Shown here in pieces: positions 55,505 to 63,595 of a stretch of DNA of 64,000 nt; the stretch's first letter is position 1, and each line of letters starts with the position of its first letter. The DNA comes from an uncultured Candidatus Saccharibacteria bacterium (GTDB lineage: Bacteria; Patescibacteriota; Saccharimonadia; Saccharimonadales; JAGQNJ01): NCBI GenBank assembly GCA_965231045.1, contig OZ246406.1, forward strand, positions 52,295 to 116,294, written 5' to 3'. Both the position numbers and the translations under genes were made by a program. The notes below the pieces were generated by a model. The model did not search any database, was not told the origin of the DNA, and worked only from the letters and a program-made list of their open reading frames with translations.

Positions 55505-55972
55505 ATGTCAGAAGCAAGCAAACACCAACCAAATAATTCACCTAAACTATCTCGTCGTTTTCGTCGGGGGATGTCAGCCGCTGTTTTCAGTGCTGGTGCA
55601 TTAGCTGGTGCTAGTGCTCACGCTGTAGTCAGTAATGCAAACGAATACAACAAACTACCAGCTTGCGAATTTGTAGCTGAGCCGAATGGATTAAATAGCC
55701 CCTCTGCAGCAACAAATAAACTTGAAGCTAATGGTGCTGATGTTTCTGGCTCTGAGTTAAGTATCATTGCTAGTGATGGTCATCAACGTCGTCGCGATAC
55801 TGACCCTGTGGATCGCAAGGGCAACATTATTGTTCGAGCAGGTGATCGTCTTGACGTGGAGCATGTTCCTCCTGTTGCCTGTATTGAAGCTGGCGGACGT
55901 GTTGTTGTAGGCTCAACCGTTGAAGTCCCAACACAAACCCAGGTAGATCAATCAAACGCAAGCGGTAATTAA
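55505..55972 (+). CDS. Hypothetical exported protein with twin-arginine-like signal peptide
   Basis: LSRRFRRGMSAAVFSAGALAGASAHA, then the mature part. AxA cleavage-like site. The ORF-track GTG start at 55496 abuts the -10 box and is rejected. Confidence 0.55.
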   Translation: MSEASKHQPNNSPKLSRRFRRGMSAAVFSAGALAGASAHAVVSNANEYNKLPACEFVAEPNGLNSPSAATNKLEANGADVSGSELSIIASDGHQRRRDTDPVDRKGNIIVRAGDRLDVEHVPPVACIEAGGRVVVGSTVEVPTQTQVDQSNASGN

Positions 55973-55994
55973 TAGCGCCTGATATATCATCCGA

Positions 55995-56025
55995 AACACC
56001 ACATGTTGTGGTGTTTTTTCTTTTT
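55995..56025 (+). terminator. Rho-independent terminator
   Basis: AACACCAC-atgtt-GTGGTGTT (8-bp stem), then TTTTCTTTTT. Confidence 0.8.
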
Positions 56026-56075
56026 GGTCAAATCTGTGGATAAGTATGCAAAGAAACAGATAAAAAGACTTGCGC

Positions 56076-56122
56076 GTGGGTAGTTGTGGGTTGTATGCTC
56101 ATGTCAGTGGGTAATCGTGGGT
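56076..56122 (+). promoter_or_regulatory. MraZ operator: four direct GTGGGT repeats
   Basis: GTGGGT at 56076, 56086, 56107 and 56117, all in the same orientation, as two pairs 10 bp apart. 56 nt upstream of mraZ. The first pair fills the spacer of a possible TTGCGC-N18-TATGCT promoter (56070-56099). Confidence 0.7.
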
Positions 56123-56177
56123 AAAACCATTGCCACATAAAAAAACAAAAACCCAAGAACAATAACAATTAAAGCCT

Positions 56178-56537
56178 ATGGCCAATACTGATTACTTTGA
56201 GAGGAAACTAGATGACAAACGTCGGTTAACCATACCGACCGAGCTTCGTAGTGAATTTGCCTCAGGAGTAGTCATAACTCGTGGCTTCAAAGATTATCTC
56301 CACATGTATCCAAAAGCTGTGTGGGATGAACAAGTTGAGCCACAACTGCAAGGCAATATATTAGATGAGCAAATTGCTGATCTAAACGTACAGTTCCGAA
56401 TGGGTAAGACGGACAGTACGATTGATGCCAAGCAGGGAAGAGTAACCATAGAGCAGCACTTACTAGATTATGCACATATCGACCGTGCGGTCGTAGCTGT
56501 GAGGGTAGGCAAGTACTGGCGCATTAGCGCAGCTTGA
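56178..56537 (+). CDS. mraZ: Transcriptional regulator MraZ (short form)
   Basis: Duplicated DxxxR motifs LDDKRRLTIPTELR and IDAKQGRVTIEQHL. First gene of the dcw cluster. Confidence 0.85.
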   Translation: MANTDYFERKLDDKRRLTIPTELRSEFASGVVITRGFKDYLHMYPKAVWDEQVEPQLQGNILDEQIADLNVQFRMGKTDSTIDAKQGRVTIEQHLLDYAHIDRAVVAVRVGKYWRISAA

Positions 56538-56915
56538 ATTGATTATCAATACGCGGGAAAGGCTCATTAACAATTAAAAACGAATAGAAACCAAGACGAG
56601 GTTAGCTATTCGGCAGTCATCAGGTGGACCGGGGCACCACCTTATAAAAACCCTCGCACATTACATAAACAACACCTCCCAAAACTCCACCTCACACAAA
56701 GTCTCTCAAGTATGTAAGTAGTGAAAAATTTTGATGGTTTTCTTTGAAAAATCATTGTTATGATTTTTTACACCAACGCTTTCATACGACAAACAAAAAC
56801 AAAAACGACAAAAAACAAAAAGTTGACTGCTGATTAGGTGACCTTGTGCACACAAGGGCAGCTATCCTTCGCCCCAAACGGCGAAGATAGAAAAGACCTT
56901 GTAAAAACAAAAAAT

Positions 56916-57848
56916 ATGCAAAAACAAACAGATCACCATGACAAACACATCCCAGTACTTCTTAACGAAGTTCTGCAGTACCTGAAACCAGAAAAAGGCG
57001 AGACATATCTTGACTTGACGGCCGGGTACGGTGGACATGCCCAAGAAGTATTGGAACGAACCTTACAAGATGAAGGCAGTGTACTCGTAGACCGCGATGA
57101 GCGGGCAATAGAGTCGCTAAAGGAACGTTTTGCCAACCGAAGCATAGAAATCATAAATAAAGATTTCTTGAGCGCCACGAAGCAGCTACAAAGCGAAAAC
57201 AGGCAATTCGATATGATTCTAGCCGATCTTGGAGTAAGTTCACCGCACCTTGACAATGCCAGCCGAGGATTTAGTCTACAGAAAGATGGCCCTTTGGATA
57301 TGCGCATGGATCAATCTCAATCAGTTACAGCTGAGCAGATTGTAAATAACGCTGACGAAGGGGAGCTCGTTAATATTTTGTCTAACTATGGTGAGGAGCC
57401 CAAAGCTCGAACTATAGCCCGCAAGATTATTGAGAGCCGACCAATAAAGACTACCTCTGAGCTTGCTGCAGTAGTCGCAACTGCTTGGCCAGGTTATAGC
57501 AAAGTCCATCCAGCTACACGAACGTTTCAAGCACTTCGTATTGCCGTTAACGATGAACTTGGCTTACTTGAGCAAACATTACCACGCTTGATTACACTGT
57601 TAAATCCCGGCGGGAGACTAGCAATAATTAGTTTTCACAGTCTTGAAGATAGAGTGGTCAAACAGTTCATGAATGAATACGCAGGTGATCGTTTTGACGT
57701 CGAGTTACGTTTAGCGAGTAAAAAACCTGTTACTGCAGACCAAAAGGAATTAGCTTTTAATCCGCGAGCTCGTAGTGCAAAACTACGAGTCGCAGTGAAA
57801 ATAAAAACAATAGAAAGGGAGATAAATGCCAATTCAGGTAAAAAGTAG
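56916..57848 (+). CDS. rsmH: 16S rRNA (cytosine1402-N4)-methyltransferase RsmH
   Basis: HIPVLLNEV, DLTAGYGGH, ADLGVSSPHLD, SFHSLEDR. Start at MQKQTDHH; the ORF-track GTG at 56838 adds 26 non-homologous aa across hairpins. Confidence 0.9.
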   Translation: MQKQTDHHDKHIPVLLNEVLQYLKPEKGETYLDLTAGYGGHAQEVLERTLQDEGSVLVDRDERAIESLKERFANRSIEIINKDFLSATKQLQSENRQFDMILADLGVSSPHLDNASRGFSLQKDGPLDMRMDQSQSVTAEQIVNNADEGELVNILSNYGEEPKARTIARKIIESRPIKTTSELAAVVATAWPGYSKVHPATRTFQALRIAVNDELGLLEQTLPRLITLLNPGGRLAIISFHSLEDRVVKQFMNEYAGDRFDVELRLASKKPVTADQKELAFNPRARSAKLRVAVKIKTIEREINANSGKK

Positions 57849-57960
57849 CTCCCGAACTTACAAAGTTCGAGTGCGAGTGGTCTAGGCCGAATGCACAAGA
57901 GCAGTGGGCGCTAGGGTAACCCGGCGTCCACACCAATAAAAACTAAAAACAAACACAAAC

Positions 57961-58350
57961 ATGACATATTCAACAATGGCTCTTAGCCGACAAAGATTTG
58001 CCGTTCAAAACGGCCGAACAACGCAAAAATTCGGTAACAACGCTTGGGGCAGAAACCAAAATACAACTAGCTTCCAAGATCGCAAAAAGGGCATAGGTCC
58101 AATTAGCAACACAATAATATTGGTCGTACTTGCATGTTTACTGGGTCTTTTATATCTAACACAAGTAACAAAGACCAACGCGTTTGGTTATAAGATAAAC
58201 AGCCTAAAGCAACAGCAAACGCAACTTAAACAAGAACATGACGAGCTCGAAGTGGCATCAGCTCGGCTACAATCACTTGATCGAGTTAAGAACAGCGATG
58301 CTTCTAAGAATTTAGTGTCTGTAGCTCCAAGTGCAACCGTCCAGAACTAA
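57961..58350 (+). CDS. ftsL: FtsL-like cell division protein
   Basis: Position between rsmH and ftsI. One TM (IILVVLACLLGLLYL), then a short coiled coil (LKQQQTQLKQEHDELEVASARLQ). Confidence 0.65.
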   Translation: MTYSTMALSRQRFAVQNGRTTQKFGNNAWGRNQNTTSFQDRKKGIGPISNTIILVVLACLLGLLYLTQVTKTNAFGYKINSLKQQQTQLKQEHDELEVASARLQSLDRVKNSDASKNLVSVAPSATVQN

Positions 58351-58393
58351 GGCAATGTTACACTAGAAAAGCCCGTTACAACGCAGGAGATTC

Positions 58394-60166
58394 ATGCAAC
58401 CAACGCTTCCGTCAAAAAGCAGTAACAATGTTTTATTTAGAATCCGTCTGTGGTACGGATTACTTTTAGTTGTAAGCGCCATTTTTGTTATACGTTTGTT
58501 TTATCTACAGGTTATTAGGCATGATTATTATAGGAAGGTTGCATACAGTGGCCAGTTCAAGGAATATGAGGTACCGGCTGAGCGAGGCATTATTGAGGCT
58601 TATGATGGGGATAAGATAGTACCGATTGTTCTTAATGAGAAAAAGTATACCCTTTTTGCCGATCCAAAATACATAAAAGATACACGATCTACAGCTGATA
58701 AGGTACAAAAAATTATTGGTGGCGATACCAATGAGTATGAAAAGCAAATGAAAGCCGATACGCGTTATGCGGTTTTGGCTAAGAAACTTAGTAAGGATCA
58801 GAAAAATAAACTCGATGATTTAAAAGAGAAGGGGATCGGTACGCGCGAAGAAAGTTACCGAACATATCCTCAGGGTCAGTTGGCTGCTCAGTTGCTTGGT
58901 TTTGTAAATGACCAAGGTGAAGGTAAATATGGGGTGGAACAAGCCCTGCAAGATAAATTAAAGGGCTCCCCGGGGCTTCTTAAGGCCATAACAGACGCCA
59001 AAGGAGTTCCACTTGTAGCGAATAAAGATAACGTAAGTATTGAACCTACACCAGGAAAGCGCGTGGTTTTGACAATTGACCTATCCATGCAGCAGCAAGT
59101 TGAGGATTTATTAAAGAAGGGTCTTGACCGTGCTCAATCAAAATCAGGTAGCGTGGTAGTTATGGACCCTAATACTGGTGCCATAAAAGCAATGGCCAAT
59201 TATCCAACATATAACCCTGGTGAGTTCTATAAGGTTGAGGACGGCAATGTCTTTAATAATGCCAGTGTAAGCTCACCACTTGAGGTTGGCTCGTCAATGA
59301 AACCTTTAACAGCGGCAGCAGCTTTAGACAGTGGGGCAGTACGTAAAGATCAAACCTACTATGACCCAGCACATTTTACGGTGGATGACGCTAAAATTAC
59401 AAACATCGAGGAGGATGGAGGGGCTGGAACTAAGAGCATTGCGGACATTCTCCAGCTTTCGCTTAACACAGGAGCTACCTGGTTATTGATGCAAATGGGC
59501 GGCGGACAAATTAATGAAAAAGCCAGGACAACCTGGTACGACTATATGACTAATCATTATCACTTTGGTAAAGCAACCGGGATAGAGCAGGGCTTCGAGG
59601 CAGATGGATATATACCAGATCCCAAAAAAGGTTACGGTCTTAATATTCAATATGCTAACACCGCCTTTGGCCAAGGTATGACCGCCACGCCTTTACAGAT
59701 GGGGGCCGCGCTTTCGGCTGCTGTTAATGGTGGAACATACTATCGGCCTAGACTTGTTAGTGGTTATGAGGACGATTCGGATAATCTTCAGCCTGTTAAA
59801 CCCGATGTTCTTAATCCACATAGTGTTAAGCCAGATGTATCACAGTCACTACAAAACTTCATGGAGTATACATTTGCCAAAAACCACACATTATATGGAA
59901 TGCCCCAAAATCCTTCAGCCTACAACATCGGTGGTAAGACAGGGACAGCCCAGATAGCCAAGCCTGGGGGCGGATATTATGAAGATAAATTTAACGGAAC
60001 ATTTGTTGGTTTTGTTGGTGGTGATACGCCTCAATATGTTATTGTTGTTCGAGTCAACGAGCCAAAGATTGCAGGCTATGCTGGATCAAAGGCAGCAGCG
60101 CCAATATTCACTGATATAGTACAGATGATTATTAACACAGCACCAGTTAGCTCAAAAACACATTAA
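58394..60166 (+). CDS. ftsI: Class B penicillin-binding protein (FtsI/PBP2-type transpeptidase)
   Basis: N-terminal TM. SxxK (GSSMKPL), SxN (LSLNTG), KTG (GKTGTAQ). Confidence 0.92.
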   Translation: MQPTLPSKSSNNVLFRIRLWYGLLLVVSAIFVIRLFYLQVIRHDYYRKVAYSGQFKEYEVPAERGIIEAYDGDKIVPIVLNEKKYTLFADPKYIKDTRSTADKVQKIIGGDTNEYEKQMKADTRYAVLAKKLSKDQKNKLDDLKEKGIGTREESYRTYPQGQLAAQLLGFVNDQGEGKYGVEQALQDKLKGSPGLLKAITDAKGVPLVANKDNVSIEPTPGKRVVLTIDLSMQQQVEDLLKKGLDRAQSKSGSVVVMDPNTGAIKAMANYPTYNPGEFYKVEDGNVFNNASVSSPLEVGSSMKPLTAAAALDSGAVRKDQTYYDPAHFTVDDAKITNIEEDGGAGTKSIADILQLSLNTGATWLLMQMGGGQINEKARTTWYDYMTNHYHFGKATGIEQGFEADGYIPDPKKGYGLNIQYANTAFGQGMTATPLQMGAALSAAVNGGTYYRPRLVSGYEDDSDNLQPVKPDVLNPHSVKPDVSQSLQNFMEYTFAKNHTLYGMPQNPSAYNIGGKTGTAQIAKPGGGYYEDKFNGTFVGFVGGDTPQYVIVVRVNEPKIAGYAGSKAAAPIFTDIVQMIINTAPVSSKTH

Positions 60167-60191
60167 AAGGGTATAATATAGGAAATCAGCC

Positions 60192-61235
60192 ATGACAAAC
60201 ACATTCAATATCGTCGTCAACAACAGTACACTTATCCGAATACTTGGATTAGGGTTCTTCACGTTCCTACTTAGTATGCTTATCACACCCTTGTATACGA
60301 CATTGGCTTATAAATTCGAGTGGTGGAAACGACCAAGAGAAAAAGCGACTACAGGCGAAGCAGCTAAGGTTTTCAATAGTCTACATGGTGAGAAATTAAA
60401 GAGACATATTCCTACTATGGCGGGACTAATCTTTGTCATATCAGTTAGTTTGGTGACAATTTTTGCTAATTTGAGTCGCCCTCAGACATGGCTACCTTTA
60501 GCGGCTTTTGTGGGGGCAGGCGTAGTTGGCTTGGTTGATGACATTATTAACATACGAGGTACGGGCAAAGGTGTTGCTGGACTGCCTTCTAAGTTGAAGT
60601 TTTTGCTAACAACATTGGTTGCTTTGATAGGCGGGTGGTACTTCTACGCTAAGCTTGATGTTGCCGCAGTTCATATACCGGTAATTGGCGAGTGGCATAT
60701 TGGTTGGTTAATTGTGCCGTTATTTGTGCTTGTCGTAGTATCAACAGCCAACGCTGTTAATATATCGGATGGTCTTGACGGTCTTGCTGGTGGGCTAACA
60801 GCTATAGCTTTTGGTGCCTATGCCGTAATCGCGTTTTTGGAGCAGCGATATGGCGTAGCTGGATTTTGCATGAGTGTAGTCGGCGCATTACTGGCTTACA
60901 CCTGGTTTAATATTTATCCAGCAAGATTCTTTATGGGGGATGTGGGCTCTTTTGCCCTAGGAACGGCCTTGGGTGTCATAGCTATGGTCACCAATACAGT
61001 GTTTATATTGCCAATTATTGGAATTGTTTTTGTTGCCGAAGCCGGGTCAGTAATACTTCAGATCGGCTCTAAGAAGCTCAGACACGGCAAGAAAATATTT
61101 AAGATTGCACCTATTCATCATCATTTTGAAGCAAGCGGTTGGGCAGAAACCAAGGTTACGATGCGTTTCTGGATCTTAGGACAGGTTGCAGCCGTACTTG
61201 GGCTTATAATCTTTGTCCTTGGTAAATACATATGA
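60192..61235 (+). CDS. mraY: Phospho-N-acetylmuramoyl-pentapeptide transferase MraY
   Basis: NAVNISDGLDGLAGG, FMGDVGSFALG, APIHHHFE. Confidence 0.95.
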   Translation: MTNTFNIVVNNSTLIRILGLGFFTFLLSMLITPLYTTLAYKFEWWKRPREKATTGEAAKVFNSLHGEKLKRHIPTMAGLIFVISVSLVTIFANLSRPQTWLPLAAFVGAGVVGLVDDIINIRGTGKGVAGLPSKLKFLLTTLVALIGGWYFYAKLDVAAVHIPVIGEWHIGWLIVPLFVLVVVSTANAVNISDGLDGLAGGLTAIAFGAYAVIAFLEQRYGVAGFCMSVVGALLAYTWFNIYPARFFMGDVGSFALGTALGVIAMVTNTVFILPIIGIVFVAEAGSVILQIGSKKLRHGKKIFKIAPIHHHFEASGWAETKVTMRFWILGQVAAVLGLIIFVLGKYI

Positions 61236-62485
61236 GAGCCTTGACGGCACGTAGACGACCAATTGTTACAGAAGGCGGAACTACTAGGCGTCATCGCCCA
61301 GACTACGTTCTTTTACTTATTAGCGTTCTGCTGTTAGTAATAGGAATGATTGTTGTTTATGCCATAGGCCCTGGATTAGCGGCTCAAAAAAATGTCAGTG
61401 AAAACTACTATATCAGTAAGCAGTTTATCGCCATCATACTTGGTATTGCTGCTTTCGCTACTGTGAGTAACTTGCCTGTGCGGTTGTGGCGAAAACTAGA
61501 AGTGCCTCTTATAGTATTGGCAGGAGTTGCCTCTGTGGCGGTGCGTTTATTTGGCGAAAGGGTTAACGGAGCATATCGATGGATCCAAGTCGGCGGAATG
61601 TCGTTCCAAGCGGCAGAGCTTATAAAGTTCGCACTTATTATTTGGCTGGCTGGCTTTTTAAGTGATCGTATTCGTACCGGAACACTAGCTGACAGTAAGA
61701 AGACACTCAAGGTTCTGGTTATAGTACTTGGTCTAATAGGCATTATTGTGGCGATTTTACAAAGTGACTTTGGCTCTACGGCTGTGATGATTGCGATTAT
61801 GACAGCCATGTCATTTATTGCCGGGCTGCCACTAAAGAAGGCGCTCATGATAGCTGCTATCATCGCTATTGGTGGCATATTGGTAATTTTACCGGTAAGT
61901 TATCGCCGACAACGCTTAGCAACCTTCCTACAGCCAGCCAGGGATTGCCAGAACACTGGCTATCAATCATGCCAGGCGCTAATTGCTGTTGGTTCAGGAG
62001 GCGTATTTGGGCTTGGACTTGGTCGCAGTGTCCAGGCTTATGGGTATCTTCCTGAAGCCGCTAATGACTCGATATTTGCAATTTACGCCGAGAAGTTTGG
62101 TTTCTTCGGCACGGCATTACTGGTAGGCTTATTTGTCGCCTTATTTGCTAGAATCGCCCGAATTATGGAGCGCGCCCCAGATGATTATTCAAGGTTAATT
62201 GTTGCCGGAGTTTTGGCTTGGCTCAGCACCCAAACCATTATCAATGTCGGAGCTATGCTCGGTCTGTTACCGCTGAAGGGAATTACCTTGCCATTTATCA
62301 GCTACGGGGGCACAAGTCTTATATTTGTCACGGCTGCAATCGGTATAGTTTTTAACATTTCACGGTATACTACATATAGTGCAAGCACAAAAAACACAGA
62401 AGGACCAAATAATGACTATAGTTCTAGCCGGCGGGGGCTCGGGCGGCCATATTACACCACTCCTGGCCGTAGCCCAAGAGCTTAA
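61232..62485 (+). CDS. ftsW: SEDS-family peptidoglycan glycosyltransferase FtsW
   Basis: FQAAELIKFALIIWLA, PEAANDSIFA, LPLKGITLPFISYGGTSL. Confidence 0.9.
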   Translation: MRALTARRRPIVTEGGTTRRHRPDYVLLLISVLLLVIGMIVVYAIGPGLAAQKNVSENYYISKQFIAIILGIAAFATVSNLPVRLWRKLEVPLIVLAGVASVAVRLFGERVNGAYRWIQVGGMSFQAAELIKFALIIWLAGFLSDRIRTGTLADSKKTLKVLVIVLGLIGIIVAILQSDFGSTAVMIAIMTAMSFIAGLPLKKALMIAAIIAIGGILVILPVSYRRQRLATFLQPARDCQNTGYQSCQALIAVGSGGVFGLGLGRSVQAYGYLPEAANDSIFAIYAEKFGFFGTALLVGLFVALFARIARIMERAPDDYSRLIVAGVLAWLSTQTIINVGAMLGLLPLKGITLPFISYGGTSLIFVTAAIGIVFNISRYTTYSASTKNTEGPNNDYSSSRRGLGRPYYTTPGRSPRA

Positions 62486-63587
62486 ACATCAAAAACCAGA
62501 TGCCAAACTTGTATATGTTGGCGAAAAAGACGGTAAGTTTGCTGATGTAGCAAAAGGCAGTCAGTTTATCGACCAGTCTTACTCTGTAAAAGCTGGTAAA
62601 TTCCGCCGTTATAATTCACAGTCATTTTTAGCACATGTTTTTGATATTAAAACGAACTTGCTAAACGCCCGGGACTTTTTTCGTGTTGGGGTAGGTTATC
62701 GCCAAAGTCTAAAATTACTTAAAGAACTGAAACCAGAGCTGGTGTTTATTAAGGGTGGTTTTGTTGGTGTCCCTGTTGGCCGTGCTTGTGCCAAACTGGG
62801 AATTCCATATATCACACACGACTCAGACACCGTGCCAGGGTTGGCCAACCGCTTGATCGCAAAGAATGCCTTACTCCACTGCGTAGGCATGCCTAAAGAG
62901 TTTTATAGCTATCCTCCAGAAAAAACAGAGGTAGTGGGTATTCCACTGGCCAATGAATATGAGCGTGTTACCCCCGATCTTATGAAACAATATCGCAATG
63001 AACTGAAGCTGCCGTCCAATGCTCAAGTAGTGTTTGTCACGGGCGGAAGTTTAGGAGCTGAACGACTGAATGCCTATATGTCATTGGTTGCTCAGGAGTT
63101 ACTTAGCCAAAATCCAAATTTGTACATCTTGCATCAAGCAGGGAAGGGCAATTTAGGTCTATATAGCTCTCTGTCCAAAGATCTAATGCAGCGTGTTCAG
63201 TTGTTAGAGTTTGTAAATAATATGTTTGTATACAGTGGTGCGGCCGATGTTGTCGTAAGCCGCGCTGGTGCTTCAACAATTGCTGAACTCGCTCTGCAAG
63301 GGAAGGCCTGTATCCTAGTACCAAATCCTTATTTGACTGGCGGACATCAACTTATGAACGCAAAATTACTGAGTGATAGCGGAGCCGTTAAAGTTCTTCA
63401 TGAGGATACGCTGGCAAATGACCCCGATGCATTAGTCGTGGCCATAACAGGGCTTATTAATGACAAGACGGCTCAGTCTAAACTGTCATCAAAACTCCAT
63501 GAATTTGCGCACCCGAATGCAGCCCATGACCTAGCAAAGATAATTTTAGAAACAATTGATTTTGTGAAAGATCAGATGAAAAAGTAG
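62412..63587 (+). CDS. murG: UDP-GlcNAc:lipid I GlcNAc transferase MurG
   Basis: MTIVLAGGGSGGHITPLLAV G-loop and SRAGASTIAELA. Start taken at MTIV, overlapping the ftsW 3' end by 74 nt. Confidence 0.9.
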   Translation: MTIVLAGGGSGGHITPLLAVAQELKHQKPDAKLVYVGEKDGKFADVAKGSQFIDQSYSVKAGKFRRYNSQSFLAHVFDIKTNLLNARDFFRVGVGYRQSLKLLKELKPELVFIKGGFVGVPVGRACAKLGIPYITHDSDTVPGLANRLIAKNALLHCVGMPKEFYSYPPEKTEVVGIPLANEYERVTPDLMKQYRNELKLPSNAQVVFVTGGSLGAERLNAYMSLVAQELLSQNPNLYILHQAGKGNLGLYSSLSKDLMQRVQLLEFVNNMFVYSGAADVVVSRAGASTIAELALQGKACILVPNPYLTGGHQLMNAKLLSDSGAVKVLHEDTLANDPDALVVAITGLINDKTAQSKLSSKLHEFAHPNAAHDLAKIILETIDFVKDQMKK

Positions 63588-63595
63588 TTTTTAGA

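Noticed and set aside
56035-56043. Perfect DnaA box (TGTGGATAA, complement of TTATCCACA) upstream of mraZ
   Set aside because: It is a single 9-mer. About 0.5 occurrences are expected by chance in 64 kb on two strands. There is no cluster and no AT-rich unwinding element, so I do not call it an origin or a DnaA-regulated site.
57880-57935. Possible tRNA-like element ending in ...CACACCA in the rsmH-ftsL spacer
   Set aside because: Only about 59 nt are available. There is no 7-bp acceptor pairing, no GTTCGAATC-type T-loop and no D-loop. It is better explained as the GC-rich hairpin reported in findings.
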